From: Macrostomum lignano
Taxonomy: Eukaryota
Assembly (NCBI GenBank): GCA_002269645.1
Contig: NIVC01000669.1
Coordinates: 74,207-138,206, forward strand
DNA length: 64,000 nt
Reading direction: 5' to 3'
Part shown: one piece after another, positions 1 to 12,958 of the stretch
Numbering within the stretch: the first letter of the stretch is position 1
Layout: each line of letters opens with the position of its first letter
Program-made: the position numbers and the translations under genes
The notes under the pieces: model-generated
Told to the model about the DNA's origin: nothing
The model's database searches: none
Seen by the model: the letters and a program-made list of their open reading frames with translations, nothing else

Positions 1-343
1 TTGGCCAAACAGGCACTTACCTGCGCCAGTCCAATTCTTACTACCACTAGTGTTCAAACGGACCTGTGCAGCTGACTCATGATCATGAATTCACACCATC
101 ACTACTCGGAAATACATTTACTCGTGGTCCTTTTTACACGCTCATTGAGTTATCTAACTGGATGAGAGTGGCACAGTCGCGAATGACTACATGTATATGC
201 ACCCACTTGCACTGTAGTTATACTGTGACTCGTTCGTACATGTAGATACGTTTTCTAGTCATTTCGTCATCTAGGTTATCTATATATGATCCATCCAACC
301 TTGATTCCGGTCGCGCGCTTCGTCATCTTAATTAGCATACACT

Positions 344-605
344 CAGACGCGTCGCCACCGTGGGGGGGACATGCCAATGCTTTGCCCCCCCCCCCACCCA
401 CCCTACCTTTTGAGTTGTTGTGGTGGTAATCAATAATTTTTCTTCAGGGCGCCAAAATATAGCGCCTTCGGCGCCAAAAGGAGTGCCTGCGGCGCTAAAA
501 GGAATGCCTGCGGCGCTAAAATGAGTGCCAAAATTTAGTCATGTACATGTACATGTTGAATTCTTGGCTTTATCCCCCATCATAAAATCCATGGCGACGC
601 CCCTG
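344..605. mobile_element. Non-autonomous hAT-type MITE
   Basis: 14-bp TIRs CAGACGCGTCGCCA (344) / TGGCGACGCCCCTG (605), 2 mismatches. Perfect 8-bp TSD CATACACT at 336-343 and 606-613. An 8-bp TSD is typical of hAT. Confidence 0.85.
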
Positions 606-1017
606 CATACACTACCAACAGAAGGGAGTTTTTTCGTCATCCGCCAATCCTATCTAATCAATTCCAAGTGAAATAATTTGGAAAATTGTGTAGGGACCTA
701 TACTTTTGAAGTACAATATGTTCGAATTTTTTTTCGAAAAAAAGTTCGAAATTTAATTCTCAAACGACTTGTCGTCCATTTATTTGTGATTTGAAAAGAT
801 GACAAGTTATGAAATAAATCTTTTTAATTTTTTACACAAACTGATTTATTTCCTATGCATACTTAGCCGAATAGCTGAAAAACTTGTGTAATTAACTCGT
901 AAACTTTTGTTTTAAAACAGGATAATAACTAACACTGGAACAATAAAAAAGAATCTAAGAGCTTGTACGCACTTATAATCCATGAATAAAGAAACTATAA
1001 CTAGTTGCGGCTCAAGA

Positions 1018-1378
1018 GGGGGCCGTAGCCCAGCAGTAGCGCAGCTGCTCTGGTGTGCCAGCGACCCAGGCTCGATTCCAAGTGCAGCCATATTAATTTG
1101 GGGCTGGATTGGAATCTTGGCTTGGCTCGCTTGTGCAATTAACGGCCTTGAGAGCCAACCCCCCCAAGGCGCAGTGAAGTGTACATGCCTAACAATAAAT
1201 AAAGTTAGGGCCGCTGTACACTCCTGTGTGAGTGTGTGCCTGCGTAACGTATCCGCGCGCTTGTATGCCTGCTCAGGGGAGTCGGCGGAATGGGTAGTAA
1301 TGCCTCTCGCCGGTTGTGTGCCAATGACGCTTAAATTGCGCCAAGGTGCACACAACCCCCCTGCCTCTAAAAAAAAAA
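1018..1378 (+). mobile_element. tRNA-derived SINE, family A, copy 1
   Basis: tRNA-like head with A box (TAGCCCAGCAG) and B box (GGCTCGATTCC), poly-A tail, 15-bp TSD AGTTGCGGCTCAAGA (1003-1017, 1379-1393). Near-identical copies at 11723 and 46347. Confidence 0.9.
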
Positions 1379-2959
1379 AGTTGCGGCTCAAGAAATATTT
1401 TTTACATAAACCAGGTCATTGACGGATAAAATAATTTATGAATCAATTAATTTTTTGCTACATAAAAAAACTTCAAATAAGAACCATCAAATATCTGTTC
1501 ACAAATAGACAATCATAGTATACAAAAAATCTGAGAGTTATATTCTAGCAGTTATAACAGGTAGTTATGAAAACTGCAGAATGTAAAAAAGGAATCATAA
1601 AAAATTCCGAGAAAATCAAATTTCCTGGTATTGCTAGCATAGAACGCAGGGGTAGGGTAAAGTACATGTACTTGTACAGGTACTATTTACTTAACCAGTT
1701 ATAGAGCAAAACAATTGACAAAGGTATTAAAAAGATATATAAAAAGATAATTTCACCATGTCCAAGTTTTATAATTATACCAAAAGGTATCCCAAACTTT
1801 TTGGATGTAACACTCGCAAAACTATTAAGAATTTGTTTGAAGGCCTAATTTTGCTAAAAATATTAATTTTCACTTCTTTCAGAAATACATTGTACTTTTT
1901 TATTAACATTGGGTCATCTGTATAGTTTGGTATATTTTACAAAAATTAATTTAATTTTAAGTTAATTTTACGTACCTAATTAGCTATTACGTAACAGAGA
2001 GGTACCGATTATTAAATAATAAACTAATTTGAAAGCTGAGTAGCAAGAGCAGTGTCGGTTGAAATAGCCAGACATGAGTATAAAACTTCCTATTGCATTT
2101 CAAGTATTAGTCGGGCAGATAGACAAGCAATTATAATTAACATTAATTGAGAACCATCTAAAACAGATTTTGGCACCTTAAAAAGAGGTTTAAAGAATGT
2201 TTAGGCAATACATCAAATCAATTTAAGATCCAATACGTTGGAAAACGACATTTTAAACATAGGTAAGCAAGATATTAAGATCTCGGTCTTTAAGACTCCC
2301 CATTCGCTGCAGCAGCAGCCACCTGCCCCCGCTTAAAAAATTGAAGCCTACTCCTAGTTAAATTCCTAGTTTAACTGTGAATATTCAAGCTTAAACTGAA
2401 GAATGAGAGAAAGATCGCGTCCTAGTTAAACTGATTGTTTGAATCAATAGCACTTTAACAAAGCCATGTTTCAATAGTTCATTCCTACTACTTCTAGGGC
2501 GACATGCCCTTGATTTTTATAACCAAAACAATTAATAATCTTACTAAATCTTGTAAAATTGCTAAATCTGAAATTGCCTATTTGAATCACTACTACTAAA
2601 AAATCTTTACGCGCTACTAACCGCAGTAGAAAAATATGGGCAAAACTCCTAAATTTCTGCGACGCTGAATTATTAGCGACTTATTTAATTAAACAATTTT
2701 CCGTCTTCCTAGCATGGATGAAGGAATAGAATTCTTCCCTCTGATCTTCCAACTTATCTTTAGTGGAATTATCTACTTGATTGGCTTTATTGTCTATGGC
2801 CGAGTGCAGCTTTGCGACTGCTGCTACAGCAAATGGGAGTTCTCCATTTGTGATTTTCTAATTCTATCAACTTCATTGACGAAAGCTATGATGGCTCAAA
2901 TTCCTAGTTGGTTTCATGAATTCGCAATCAGCCCTCAATAAATTTTACGAAAGCAATTC

Positions 2960-4517
2960 TCACAGACCGAGCTGGCGCATCAGATGGCTCACCAGGCTGC
3001 ACAAACCGGACGTCAGCAGCTGTTGTTTAGCCGGATTATCAACGCAGTCTGGCACGTGAACGAATACGCAGCGTTTGGCATCGCGGCGCAAGCTGACGCA
3101 GTAAATAAACTCGCACAGGTATAAGCCGGCATCGTCTGACATGACCAGCTCCACCTTGAAATATATGCAATACGTGGGCTTCGATTGGAATGCAAATACA
3201 CCAGTAGTAGATACCCATAATTTTGAACAAAGTTGAATTCAATTCAATTTAAATTCGCGTACTTTTCAATTCAAACAAAGTTGTAGACAATTCCAACAAA
3301 AATCGTCGTGAGTGTGCATTAAGCTAGAAAGACAGAGGGAACCGCAGGGACATCAGAGCGGTGACCATGGCTTTCTCGGATCATCGATGTTTTGCCAGGC
3401 ATCGCTACCTCCAGGGAAAAATCCGTAGCGAGAAATGCCCATTCTGCCTCTCCGTTGTTGAAACTGCGGAACACTTTATCTGTGAATGCCCGGCCCGTCT
3501 TTACTCAGGACAGGCTCACCTACCTCGGCTTAAACCTGGACCTCTCTGACGTTTTCGGGTTCGAGAATCTCTGCCCGAGGGCTACCGGCTGCTCGTCCGC
3601 TACCTAAGGGCTACCGGGCGAGCGACCATCCACCTCCTGGACTCTCCAGGATCTCCCTGCAGCTGAGTCAAATAAGTCAAGAGCGTTGTTGATGCTAGAA
3701 TGGCATCGAAAAAATCCAAGTAGAGGCTGGTAAAGAGGATGATGTGGAGGGAGAGCTTGCATGGAGGGATACCTCTCCATCATTGACAACGTCAGTTCGC
3801 ACAATGATGCCCAAGGATTTTCATGTCGAAAATTAAACTCAAGAGGTAACCATGCACTCATCAGCGTGAAGACCAGACAAATCTTCATTGGGGGTGAAAA
3901 TAGTGTATTAGGTAATAAGGTTAAACAGTCGGGCGCTGTGCAGTAAAATATAGGAGTTGCCAAAAGTGTTATTTTTTATAAACATACCCTAATGTTAGCT
4001 TAAACGTTGATTTTTTTTACCATAAACGCTTAACAAATTAGACTTCTATAACTACATATTTATGTACCAGTATCTACAAAACAGGCTGCCTCACCTCTCC
4101 GCCTGGAAACTCGCGCCGCACGGCCTCCGCTGCCCGGTCAAGGTCGAGCGCGCACTGGTAGGCGGCGTCAGGTTCGGCGTCTTTGTGACAGATCTCCTGG
4201 CCCATGGCCTCGTGGCAAGTCTTATTGCAATAGTCGCGCTTGCAATAGGGCGCATTCCTAGCTCGGCGTTCGATTCTTAACGCTCGACCGTTGCCATAGT
4301 AACCCATATGCAGCACCAGATCGGGCTGCTCAGTTGACCACAGAGCCGGCACTTTGTCCGCCACGGCCGAGTATTCAACTGGGATCTCCACTGCGCACAC
4401 TACCAGATCCGGCCGCGTCTGCGCCAGACGATCGCGCACGGACTGCGCCAATAACCAGCTGGAGTTCACCGAGCAGGCGCTGAATGGGCCGAAGCCGGTC
4501 ACTAGCAGTTTGGGCAT
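2960..4517 (-). CDS. PGPEP1: Pyroglutamyl-peptidase I (peptidase C15), 205 aa; exons 4517-4095 and 3154-2960
   Basis: MPKLLVTGFGPF..VNSSW motif and catalytic Glu (RIERRARN), Cys (DAGLYLCEF) and His (VFVHVP). Phase-0 GT-AG intron (GAG|gtgagg ... ttcaag|GTG). Confidence 0.93.
3340..3681 (+). mobile_element. 5'-truncated LINE 3' end inside the PGPEP1 intron
   Basis: Encodes a C-terminal CCHC finger (CPFCLSVVETAEHFICECPA). Shares CTCGTCCGCTACCTAAGGGCTACCGGGCGAGCGAC..CTCCTGGACTCTCC and an AAGTC-type tail with the element at 52590-55158. Left boundary approximate. Confidence 0.8.
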
Positions 4518-4616
4518 CGTCTCTGGCAGGACAGGGCCGCTGAACACAACCGTCGGTAGCTATGGGTCTTGCTAGACTGCTGATTGACTTTTGGACTGCA
4601 ATGTCGAAGGAAGAGA

Positions 4617-4820
4617 GGGCTGGCGGGATCAGTAAACTCATGCACTGTGTGGGACTGTTGGGGCTGGCGGGATCAGCAAACTCATGCACTGTGTGGGACT
4701 GTTGGGCTGGCAGGATCAGCAAACTCATGCACTGTGTGGGACTGTTGGGGCTGGCGGGATCAGCAAACTCATGCACTGTGTGGGACTGTTGGGGCTGGCG
4801 GGATCAGCAAACTCATGCAC
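4617..4820. repeat. 43-44-bp minisatellite, ~4.5 copies
   Basis: Unit GGGCTGGCGGGATCAGCAAACTCATGCACTGTGTGGGACTGTTG, between PYCR-A and PGPEP1. Confidence 0.9.
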
Positions 4821-5203
4821 TCACTTAGGCATCAAAAAAGAAAAAGCAGACGAGGAGTTTGCATCACTATTGCTAGATTCAAGAAAAAAACAAGGGCCCA
4901 TCGATAGAATGTGTAGTTATGGCGTCGAGTGGGGGAATTGGACTCAAACATTTCGAACATATTAGACATGATCAGATACCGAATAAATGCACACTCTAAA
5001 CAAGTATAGCAACTCCGACGCTGGCAACCTCACTTTGATCGAACTGTGAAAAACAAACCTTCATACGCAATGAAGAGCACTCTGATCTTATTGTTTAGTA
5101 ATTGGGTAGAATAGTGTGTAAAAAAACAGACAAACAGCTGATAAAGTGTCAAAATGAAACAACGGTTTGAAGAGTTAAACAGTTGAACGGGCAATGTCTT
5201 CTA

Positions 5204-7407
5204 TCACTGAGTTGGCTTCTTAGCTCCCAGCTCAGCCGATCGATTCGCGGCGGCATTAACCGCCTGCCACAGAGCCGTCCTGAAGCCGCGAGCCTCCAGC
5301 TCCGATAGGCCGGTGATTGTCGTGCCGCCCGGACTGGTGATGGCGTCACGAAGCTCGGCCGGATGGCGTCCGGACTCCAGCACGAGACGGCCGGTGCCGT
5401 ACACAGTCTGGGTGGCCAGGCGCATCGCCAGCGGACTGAAGTCAAAAAGTTTAAAAAAGTTCAAATGAAGAACAGCCATCTTACTATAGTTAACTTGCGA
5501 CTGAAAGGTTGGGGGTTCGATTCTTGACCCACGTCGAAACAATTTGTGACCTTAAGCAAGACACTTCACTCTGCATTGCTTCAGTTCACCCAGCTGTAAA
5601 ATGGGTGCCAGCATTAACTGGGGTAACTGAGGGTGTGTGGCGACCTCCCAGTCCTTGGACTGAACAGCCGTACGCAGCCTTCAGATGCGCCGCGCAATAG
5701 CTGCGGCTGAGCTGTCGGTTGCACATCTGCCTATTAGGGCAGCTTTAATCAATTATTTTTATTTTTATTTTTAGGCGATCAGGGATAAGAAATGCTTTTA
5801 GTATGGGTGACTAAAGCCAGCGTACGTAAAGGGATGGCCTGTTCTTTTATTATAGCCATTCTTTTTTAAATTAAGATCTCTCTATTCTGAATCTATTTAG
5901 CTGGAGGCAGTTAAAAGTGCTGCATGTACTTCCTGACACCATTTTTCGGCGACATGCTCTCGAGCTAAGCCCACGTTCCGACCTGCAACTTACCGCGGCA
6001 GGCCTTGATGAACGCCAGCGTTCGTCATGGCGTCGATTGCTTCAAGGATGAACGCTGGACCGGACCCGCTCAGACCTGTGGCAGCGTCCATCAGGTTCTC
6101 AGGCAGGTAGTCGCAGGTGCCAACAGACTTAAACAGCGCCTCAATCAGCGGCCCGTCCTCCGGCTTCGCTGCCTTACCAACGCAATAAACGGAGGCGCCA
6201 GCGTTAGCCAGAATCGGCGTGTTCGGCATCAGCCGGATCACCCGGCTGTCTGGCAGCAGACGGCTCTGCAGGTGGTCCAGGGTGACGCCTGCGGCCACGG
6301 ACACCACCAGCTTGGAGGGGTCGGTCAGGTCTGACAGCTCAGCCAGCACCGAGTCCATCACCTGCGGCTTCACCGACAGCACCAGGATGTCGCTGTGCTC
6401 CGCGACCTCGCGGTTGCTTTGTGACACGTTGATGCCGAGCTCCTGTACGCGCAGTGAGCAAATGCGATTTAACCATTCAAATACTGAGAAGCCAGGAGAA
6501 ATCACTTACAGCGGAAACTTTATTCAAAGTTGCTTCGTTCGCGCACTGGCCCAGATGTTTTGCGCCTTAACAATGCCTGAAATATAAATATAATGATAAA
6601 TTTATTGATTTCACTTGCATATTAAGGTCTAGGTCTATGGTTGGACTGCTTTGGAGAAATGCACTGAAAACGTCCAGAAGTGATTGTGTAAACAATGAGC
6701 TGTCGCGGTACACCTTTTCCGACTCTATTTCAACAAAACTGATGTGCAATTTAGACATCTCAATATGCAATTTCGTTTGAAGTCTCTTTTCCTTTCCTAA
6801 ATTATTATCTATTGAACAGGCCAAAACAAGATAGTCTGGAAAAAAAGTGAAGAGCAGAGGCTGAAGTTTGTCTAAACTTGTGTGCCAAGCTGAATACTAG
6901 TGACTTCTTGAGATTTTCACACGTTTAAGTTGCTTCTTATGTTGCGCAATCGAAGTACAGATTGAAAAGTGTTGCCCAAATGATCTCAGTCTATATAATT
7001 TGAACTGGAGTTTGTCTCAGTTGTTTACCTTTAGCCATAGACAATCCTGAGTAGGACTAGGGTGGGACTGTCTAAATTTTAGTGCTGGTGCGGTGTCTGA
7101 ATTCAATGATGTTGGCTTGTCTACAGGTGAATACAAGTAGAGACTTTGCATATCGGTTCTGCTGAAATAGACTGGTAATAGGTTTAAGACACTATTCAAG
7201 ACGCAACGAAGCAACTGTGACTGAATTAATCATTGAGAATAAATTTATTGAGAATCCAAAGCGCCAGATCTTGATAGACTTATTACCATCATTAGTGAAT
7301 CCTTTGACGATGGCCTGAGCCATGCGTCCAGCGCCAACAAATCCTACACGCACATTGCTGAGCTTCTCAGCGACTGACGGATCGATTTGATTGCTAATGG
7401 CGGCCAT
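5204..7407 (-). CDS. PYCR: Pyrroline-5-carboxylate reductase, paralog A; exons 7407-7287, 6576-6510, 6442-5994, 5435-5204; apparent 1-nt deletion in exon 2
   Basis: GFVGAGRMAQ dinucleotide-binding motif, [23 protein letters not shown]; all introns GT-AG. Exon 2 is 67 nt against 68 nt in paralogs B and C, giving a premature TGA as assembled (pseudogene or sequencing error). Confidence 0.88.
5497..5742 (+). mobile_element. tRNA-derived SINE, family B (5'-eroded copy)
   Basis: B box GGTTCGATTC followed by a core (CCTTAAGCAAGACACTT...CCCAGCTGTAAAATGGGTGCC). Near-identical to the reverse copy at 28370-28658. Lies in PYCR-A intron 3. Confidence 0.82.
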
Positions 7408-7606
7408 GGTCAGCGCTTTAAACAGATATTACTGCAAGACGGATACAAACGATGAAAATTATGGAAACACTGGGTATTTATGAAAACGGTATTGTTTTGA
7501 CTAAGAAAAAATAACTTTGATAACTAGTGCACATTAATGAAGGTTATAAGCGAAAGTTTATGTTTCGAGCAGTGAAAAGGCAAACGTCGGTGAAACGTGT
7601 AAGAAG

Positions 7607-8679
7607 TTTATGTGCAGTCTTGGGGTATTCAAGTGTCAGGACTAGTAAACTGATGTGCAGTCTTGGGGTATTCAAGTGTCAGGACTAGTAAACTGATGTG
7701 CAGTCTTGGGGTATTCAAGTGTCAGGACTAGTAAACTGATGTGCAGTCTTGGGGTATTCAAGTGTCAGGACTAGTAAACTGATGTGCAGTCTTGGGGTAT
7801 TCAAGTGTCAGGACTAGTAAACTGATGTGCAGTCTTGGGGTATTCAAGTGTCAGGACTAGTAAACTGATGTGCAGTCTTGGGGTATTCAAGTGTCAGGAC
7901 TAGTAAACTGATGTGCAGTCTTGGGGTATTGAAGTGTCAGGACTAGTAAACTGATGTGCAGTCTTGGGGTATTCAAGTGTCAGGACTAGTAAACTGATGT
8001 GCAGTCTTGGGGTATTCAAGTGTCAGGACTAGTAAACTGATGTGCAGTCTTGGGGTATTCAAGTGTCAGGACTAGTAAACTGATGTGCAGTCTTGGGGTA
8101 TTCAAGTGTCAGGACTAGTAAACTGATGTGCAGTCTTGGGGTATTCAAGTGTCAGGACTAGTAAACTGATGTGCAGTCTTGGGGTATGTAAGTGTCAGGA
8201 CTAGTAAACTGATGTGCAGTCTTGGGGTATTCAAGTGTCAGGACTAGTAAACTGATGTGCAGTCTTGGGGTATTCAAGTGTCAGGACTAGTAAACTGATG
8301 TGCAGTCTTGGGGTATTCAAGTGTCAGGACTAGTAAACTGATGTGCAGTCTTGGGGTATTCAAGTGTCAGGACTAGTAAACTGATGTGCAGTCTTGGGGT
8401 AGGCAAGTGTCAGGACTAGTAAACTGATGTGCAGTCTTGGGGTATGCAAGTGTCAGGACTAGTAAACTGATGTGCAGTCTTGGGGTATTCAAGTGTCAGG
8501 ACTAGTAAACTGATGTGCAGTCTTGGGGTATTCAAGTGTCAGGACTAGTAAACTGATGTGCAGTCTTGGGGTATGTAAGTGTCAGGACTAGTAAACTGAT
8601 GTGCAGTCTTGGGGTATTCAAGTGTCAGGACTAGTAAACTGATGTGCAGTCTTGGGGTATTCAAGTGTCAGGACTAGTG
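7607..8679. repeat. 43-bp minisatellite, ~25 copies
   Basis: Unit AAACTGATGTGCAGTCTTGGGGTATTCAAGTGTCAGGACTAGT. Confidence 0.97.
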
Positions 8680-9224
8680 CTAAAAATGCCTTATGGATCT
8701 AAGACCAGACAATATTTGGAGTAGCAATTGCTTACAATAAATAAAGTAAGGACAGCCCAGACTTCGCTTTCGCCTTGTGTGGAGCGGTCAATTCTCAAAG
8801 AGCCAGTCAGTCAATGTGTATTTTCTGGCTACAAGAGATCTTGAAATATGTTAAAAATCAGTAAATAAATAAAAATGTAACAAATTTTGCATGGAAATTG
8901 CACTATAGTATAGACACAACAGAGCAGGCACCAGTAGAAAAAAATAAAATAAGATAAGAAAAAACCGATCCGCCAAAGTAAATGAGCGCTATTGGTCGCA
9001 AAGATTACCTGGTCACCAAAAAAAACGTGTGGAAGTCAAAGTATGAAAAACTCACAATAAGACTGCTGGCATATCTGCTAACAGACTTTGTACTTTGAAA
9101 CCTGATCAGCACTGAATCAAAACACTGCGACTTTAAATGTTTCCAACCGAATAATTGCGATAATATGAAACATATTTGCTCATGTGTCAGTTATGCCCCT
9201 GCTAAGCTTGCGTTTCACTGCACC

Positions 9225-9615
9225 CTCCCTATAGCTGGTGCTGCGCTGCTATCCCCTCCCTAGCTGGTGCTGTGCTGCTGTCCCCTCCCTAGCTGGTGCT
9301 GCGCTGCTATCCCCTCCCTAGCTGGTGCTGTGCTGCTATCCCCTCCCTAGCTGTGCTGCGCTGCTGTCCCCTCCCTAGCTGTGCTGCGCTGCTGTCCCCT
9401 CCCTAGCTGTGCTGCGCTGCTATCCCCTCCCTAGCTGGTGCTGCGCTGCTATCCCCTCCCTAGCTGGTGCTGCGCTGCTATCCCCTCCCTAGCTGGTGCT
9501 GTGCTGCTATCCCCTCCCTAGCTGTGCTGCGCTGCTGTCCCCTCCCTAGCTGTGCTGCGCTGCTGTCCCCTCTTTAGCTGTGCTGCGCTGCTATCCCCTC
9601 TTTAGCTAGTGCTGT
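9225..9615. repeat. 28-29-bp minisatellite, ~13 copies
   Basis: Unit CCCCTCCCTAGCTG(G)TGCTGCGCTGCTAT. Confidence 0.95.
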
Positions 9616-10068
9616 TAACCCTGTTTAACATAAGCAAACTGGTCGTTGGCACAATGACAAGACGGTTTAGAACGCCTCTACGATAGATGATGAAAAAAAA
9701 CAAAAAATGTAAGTCATAGAAAGACTTATAAAAATATGAGAATCAAAAAGCTAAAAGCAGAAAAAGTCAACTGGTTCCTACGCGTGTGCATATTGGTGAA
9801 TGGTGTGATTCATAAATCCCGCTAATACCGCTACTATAGGAATGATTACTGGTCCTATACACTGGTAACCAATTGTAAAGGGCCACGATCTTAAATACAA
9901 TACATAGCTGAGTAAAAACAAATAAAACAATCCACCCACAGTGAACATCACAAATTCCAAATGCATAGATCAATATCTCCCACAGTTTTGTCAGATTGGC
10001 AGTTGAATTTATCATCAATATTTCTTAAATCAGACTCATTAAGCTTCAGATTCCCTAGAGCTACCAGC

Positions 10069-12829
10069 TCATTCCCCAAGATCTTCAGACCGCTTAGCCG
10101 ATATCAACACCGCCTGCCACAGGGCGGCCCTGAAGCCGCGAGCCTCCAGCTCCGATAGGCCGGCAATGGTGGTGCCGCCCGGACTGGTGATGGCGTCACG
10201 CAGTTCGGCCGGATGGCGTCCAGACTCCAGCACGAGACGGCTGGTGCCGTACACAGTCTGAGCGGCCAGGCGCAGAGCTAGCGGACTGCAATTGGCGCAC
10301 GCCCGTGGGCTGTATACAGAAGCTTGTACAGCGCTGCTGATTCGACAAATATGTTTAGAAAATTTCACCCCAAGTGGGGTTTGGCTCATACTTTCCAGAT
10401 AGCCCTTTATGGCTAACAGCTTCTGGGGCTCATGTTCTCCAGATAGCCCTATATGGCTAACAGCTTCTGGTCTGGGGCTCATGTTCTCCAGATAGCCCTT
10501 TATGGCTAACAGCTTCTGGGGCTCATGTTCTCCAGATAGCCCTTTATGGCTATCAGCTTCTGGGGCTCATGTTCTCCAGATAGCCCTTTATGGCTAACAG
10601 CTTCTGGGGCTCATGCTTTCCAGATAGCCCTTTATGGCTAACAGCTTCTGGAGCTCATGCTTTCCAGATAGCCCTTTATGGCTATCAGCTTCTGGGGCTC
10701 ATGCTTTCCAGATAGCCCTTTATGGCTATCAGCTTCTGGGGCTCATGTTCTCCAGATAGCCCTTTATGGCTAACAGCTTCTGGAGTTCATGCTTTCCAGA
10801 TAGCCCTTTTGGCTAACAGCTTCTGGAGTTCATGCTTTCCAGATAGCCCTTTTGGCTAACAGCTTCTGGAGTTCATGCTTTCCAGATAGCCCTTTTGGCT
10901 AACAGCTTCTGGAGTTTATGCTTTCCAGATAGCCCTTTTGGCTAACAGCTTCTGGAGTTCATGCTTTCCAGATAGCCCTTTATGGCTAACAGCTTCTGGA
11001 GTTCATGCTTTCCAGATAGCCCTATATGGCTAACAGCTTCTGGAGTTCATGCTTTCCAGATAGCCCTTTATGGCTAACAGCTTCTGGAGTTCATGCTTTC
11101 CAGATAGCCCTTTATGGCTAACAGCTTCTGGAGTTCATGCTTTCCAGATAGCCCTTTATGGCTAACAGCTTCTGGAGTTCATGCTTTCCAGATAGCCCTT
11201 TATGGCTAACAGCTTCTGGGGCTCATGCTTTCCAGATAGCCCTTTATGGCTAACAGCTTCTGGAGTTCATGCTTTCCAGATAGCCCTTTATGGCTAACAG
11301 CTTCTGGGGCTCATGCTTTCCAGATAGCCCTTTATGGCTAACAGCTTCTGGAGCTCATGCTTTCCAGATAGCCCTTTATGGCTAACAGCTTCTGGGGCTC
11401 ATGCTTTCCAGATAGCCAAATTCCAAATTCCGAGGCATGAGGCCTTCCAGATGGTCAATTTACGAGCTACCATAATCCTGCACAGGTAAAGTCATATGGC
11501 AAGCAGGAAGCTCCAAGCCGAAGACACAGTCTGCTCCGTGGAAGCTGAGCATTTCCAGTGACAGTTAGTGGAACACTCGTTACACCCTCCGGAGCATCAG
11601 AGCGTCTCTAGAGAGACCATCTTAGAAAAGTCAATTTTCTTTCACGTCACATATTCTCAAATTGGTTGCTCCATAGACCCTCCTTTCGGGCCATAGACAA
11701 TAAAAAGCAAGTCTTCAATAGCGGGGGGGCGTAGCTCAGCGGTAGCGCAGCTGCTCTGGTGTGCCAGCGACCCAGGCTCGATTCCAAGTGCAGTCACATT
11801 AATTTGGGGCTCAATTGGAATCTCGGCTTGGCTCTGCTCGTGCAATTAACGGCCTTGAGAGCCAACCCCCCAAGGCGCATTGAAGTGTACATGCCTAACG
11901 ATAATATAAAGTTAGGGCCGCTTTACACTCCTGTGTGAGTGTGTGCCTGCGTACGTATCCGCGCGCTTGTGTGCCTGCTCAGGGGAGTCGGCGGAATGGG
12001 CAGTAATGCCTCTCGCCGGTTGTGTGCCTATGTCGCTTAAAGTGCGCCAGGGTGCACACAACCTCCCTGCCTCTAAAAAGTCTTCAATAGCTTGATTTTT
12101 TCCCACTAAGGATTAAATTGCTTGCTGCTAGGCTCAATTGGCTTGTAAAATGGTATAGGAGCGTATTAGTTCTTCTCTCACTGCTTTGATGTCTATGGCC
12201 CAGCTCGCGTGATTTCCAGTCACTAGAGTTCCAGTTAGCGATTTCAGTTGGATCCCTTTCTCCCCAACAACTACGAGTATGCCATTGGAATCTGGGTACT
12301 TACTGAGGCAGGCCCAGATTAACGCCAGCGTTCGTCATGGCGTCGATTGCTTCAAGGATGAACGCTGGACCGGACCCGCTCAGACCTGTGGCAGCGTCCA
12401 TCAGGTTCTCAGGCAGATAGTCGCAGGTGCCAACAGACTTAAACAGGGCCTCAATCAGCGGCCCGTCCTCCGGCTTCGCTGCCCGACCAACGCAATAAAC
12501 GGAGGCGCCAGCGTTAACCAGAATCGGCGTGTTCGGCATCAGCCGGATCACCCGGCTGTCTGGCAGCAGACGGCTCTGCAGGTGGTCCAGGGTGACGCCT
12601 GCGGCCACGGACACCACCAGCTTGAAGGGGTCGACCAGGTCTGACATCTCAGCCAGCACCGAGTCCATCACCTGCGGCTTCACCGACAGCACCAGGATGT
12701 CGCTGTGCTCCACGACCTCGCGGTTGCTTTGTGACATGTTGATGCCGAGCTCCTACAGGCGACGCAATGTGCAGTATTTTGAAATGATTTTTATGTACGC
12801 ATCCAAGCAGACCTTTACCTAGCCATCTT

Positions 12830-12861
<32 letters not shown>

Positions 12862-12902
12862 CCTATCTATCTACCTATCTATCCATCTATCTATCTATCT
12901 AC

Positions 12903-12958
<56 letters not shown>

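Noticed and set aside
912-1422. 159-aa and 146-aa ORFs, and similar ORFs at 11657-12106 and 46233-46517
   Set aside because: Chance ORFs across SINE family A copies.
6005-6587. Plus-strand ORFs overlapping PYCR exon 3 (also 12279-12822, 28817-29345, 15928-16398)
   Set aside because: Antisense shadows of GC-rich coding exons.
7607-11417. CRISPR-like appearance of the 43-bp and 44-bp arrays
   Set aside because: Head-to-tail repeats with no unique spacers, no cas genes, and a eukaryotic context.
11723-11795. tRNA genes at the SINE heads (also 1018, 28590-28658, 46635-46705)
   Set aside because: The acceptor stems do not close, and the heads run into SINE bodies (with tails and TSDs in family A).
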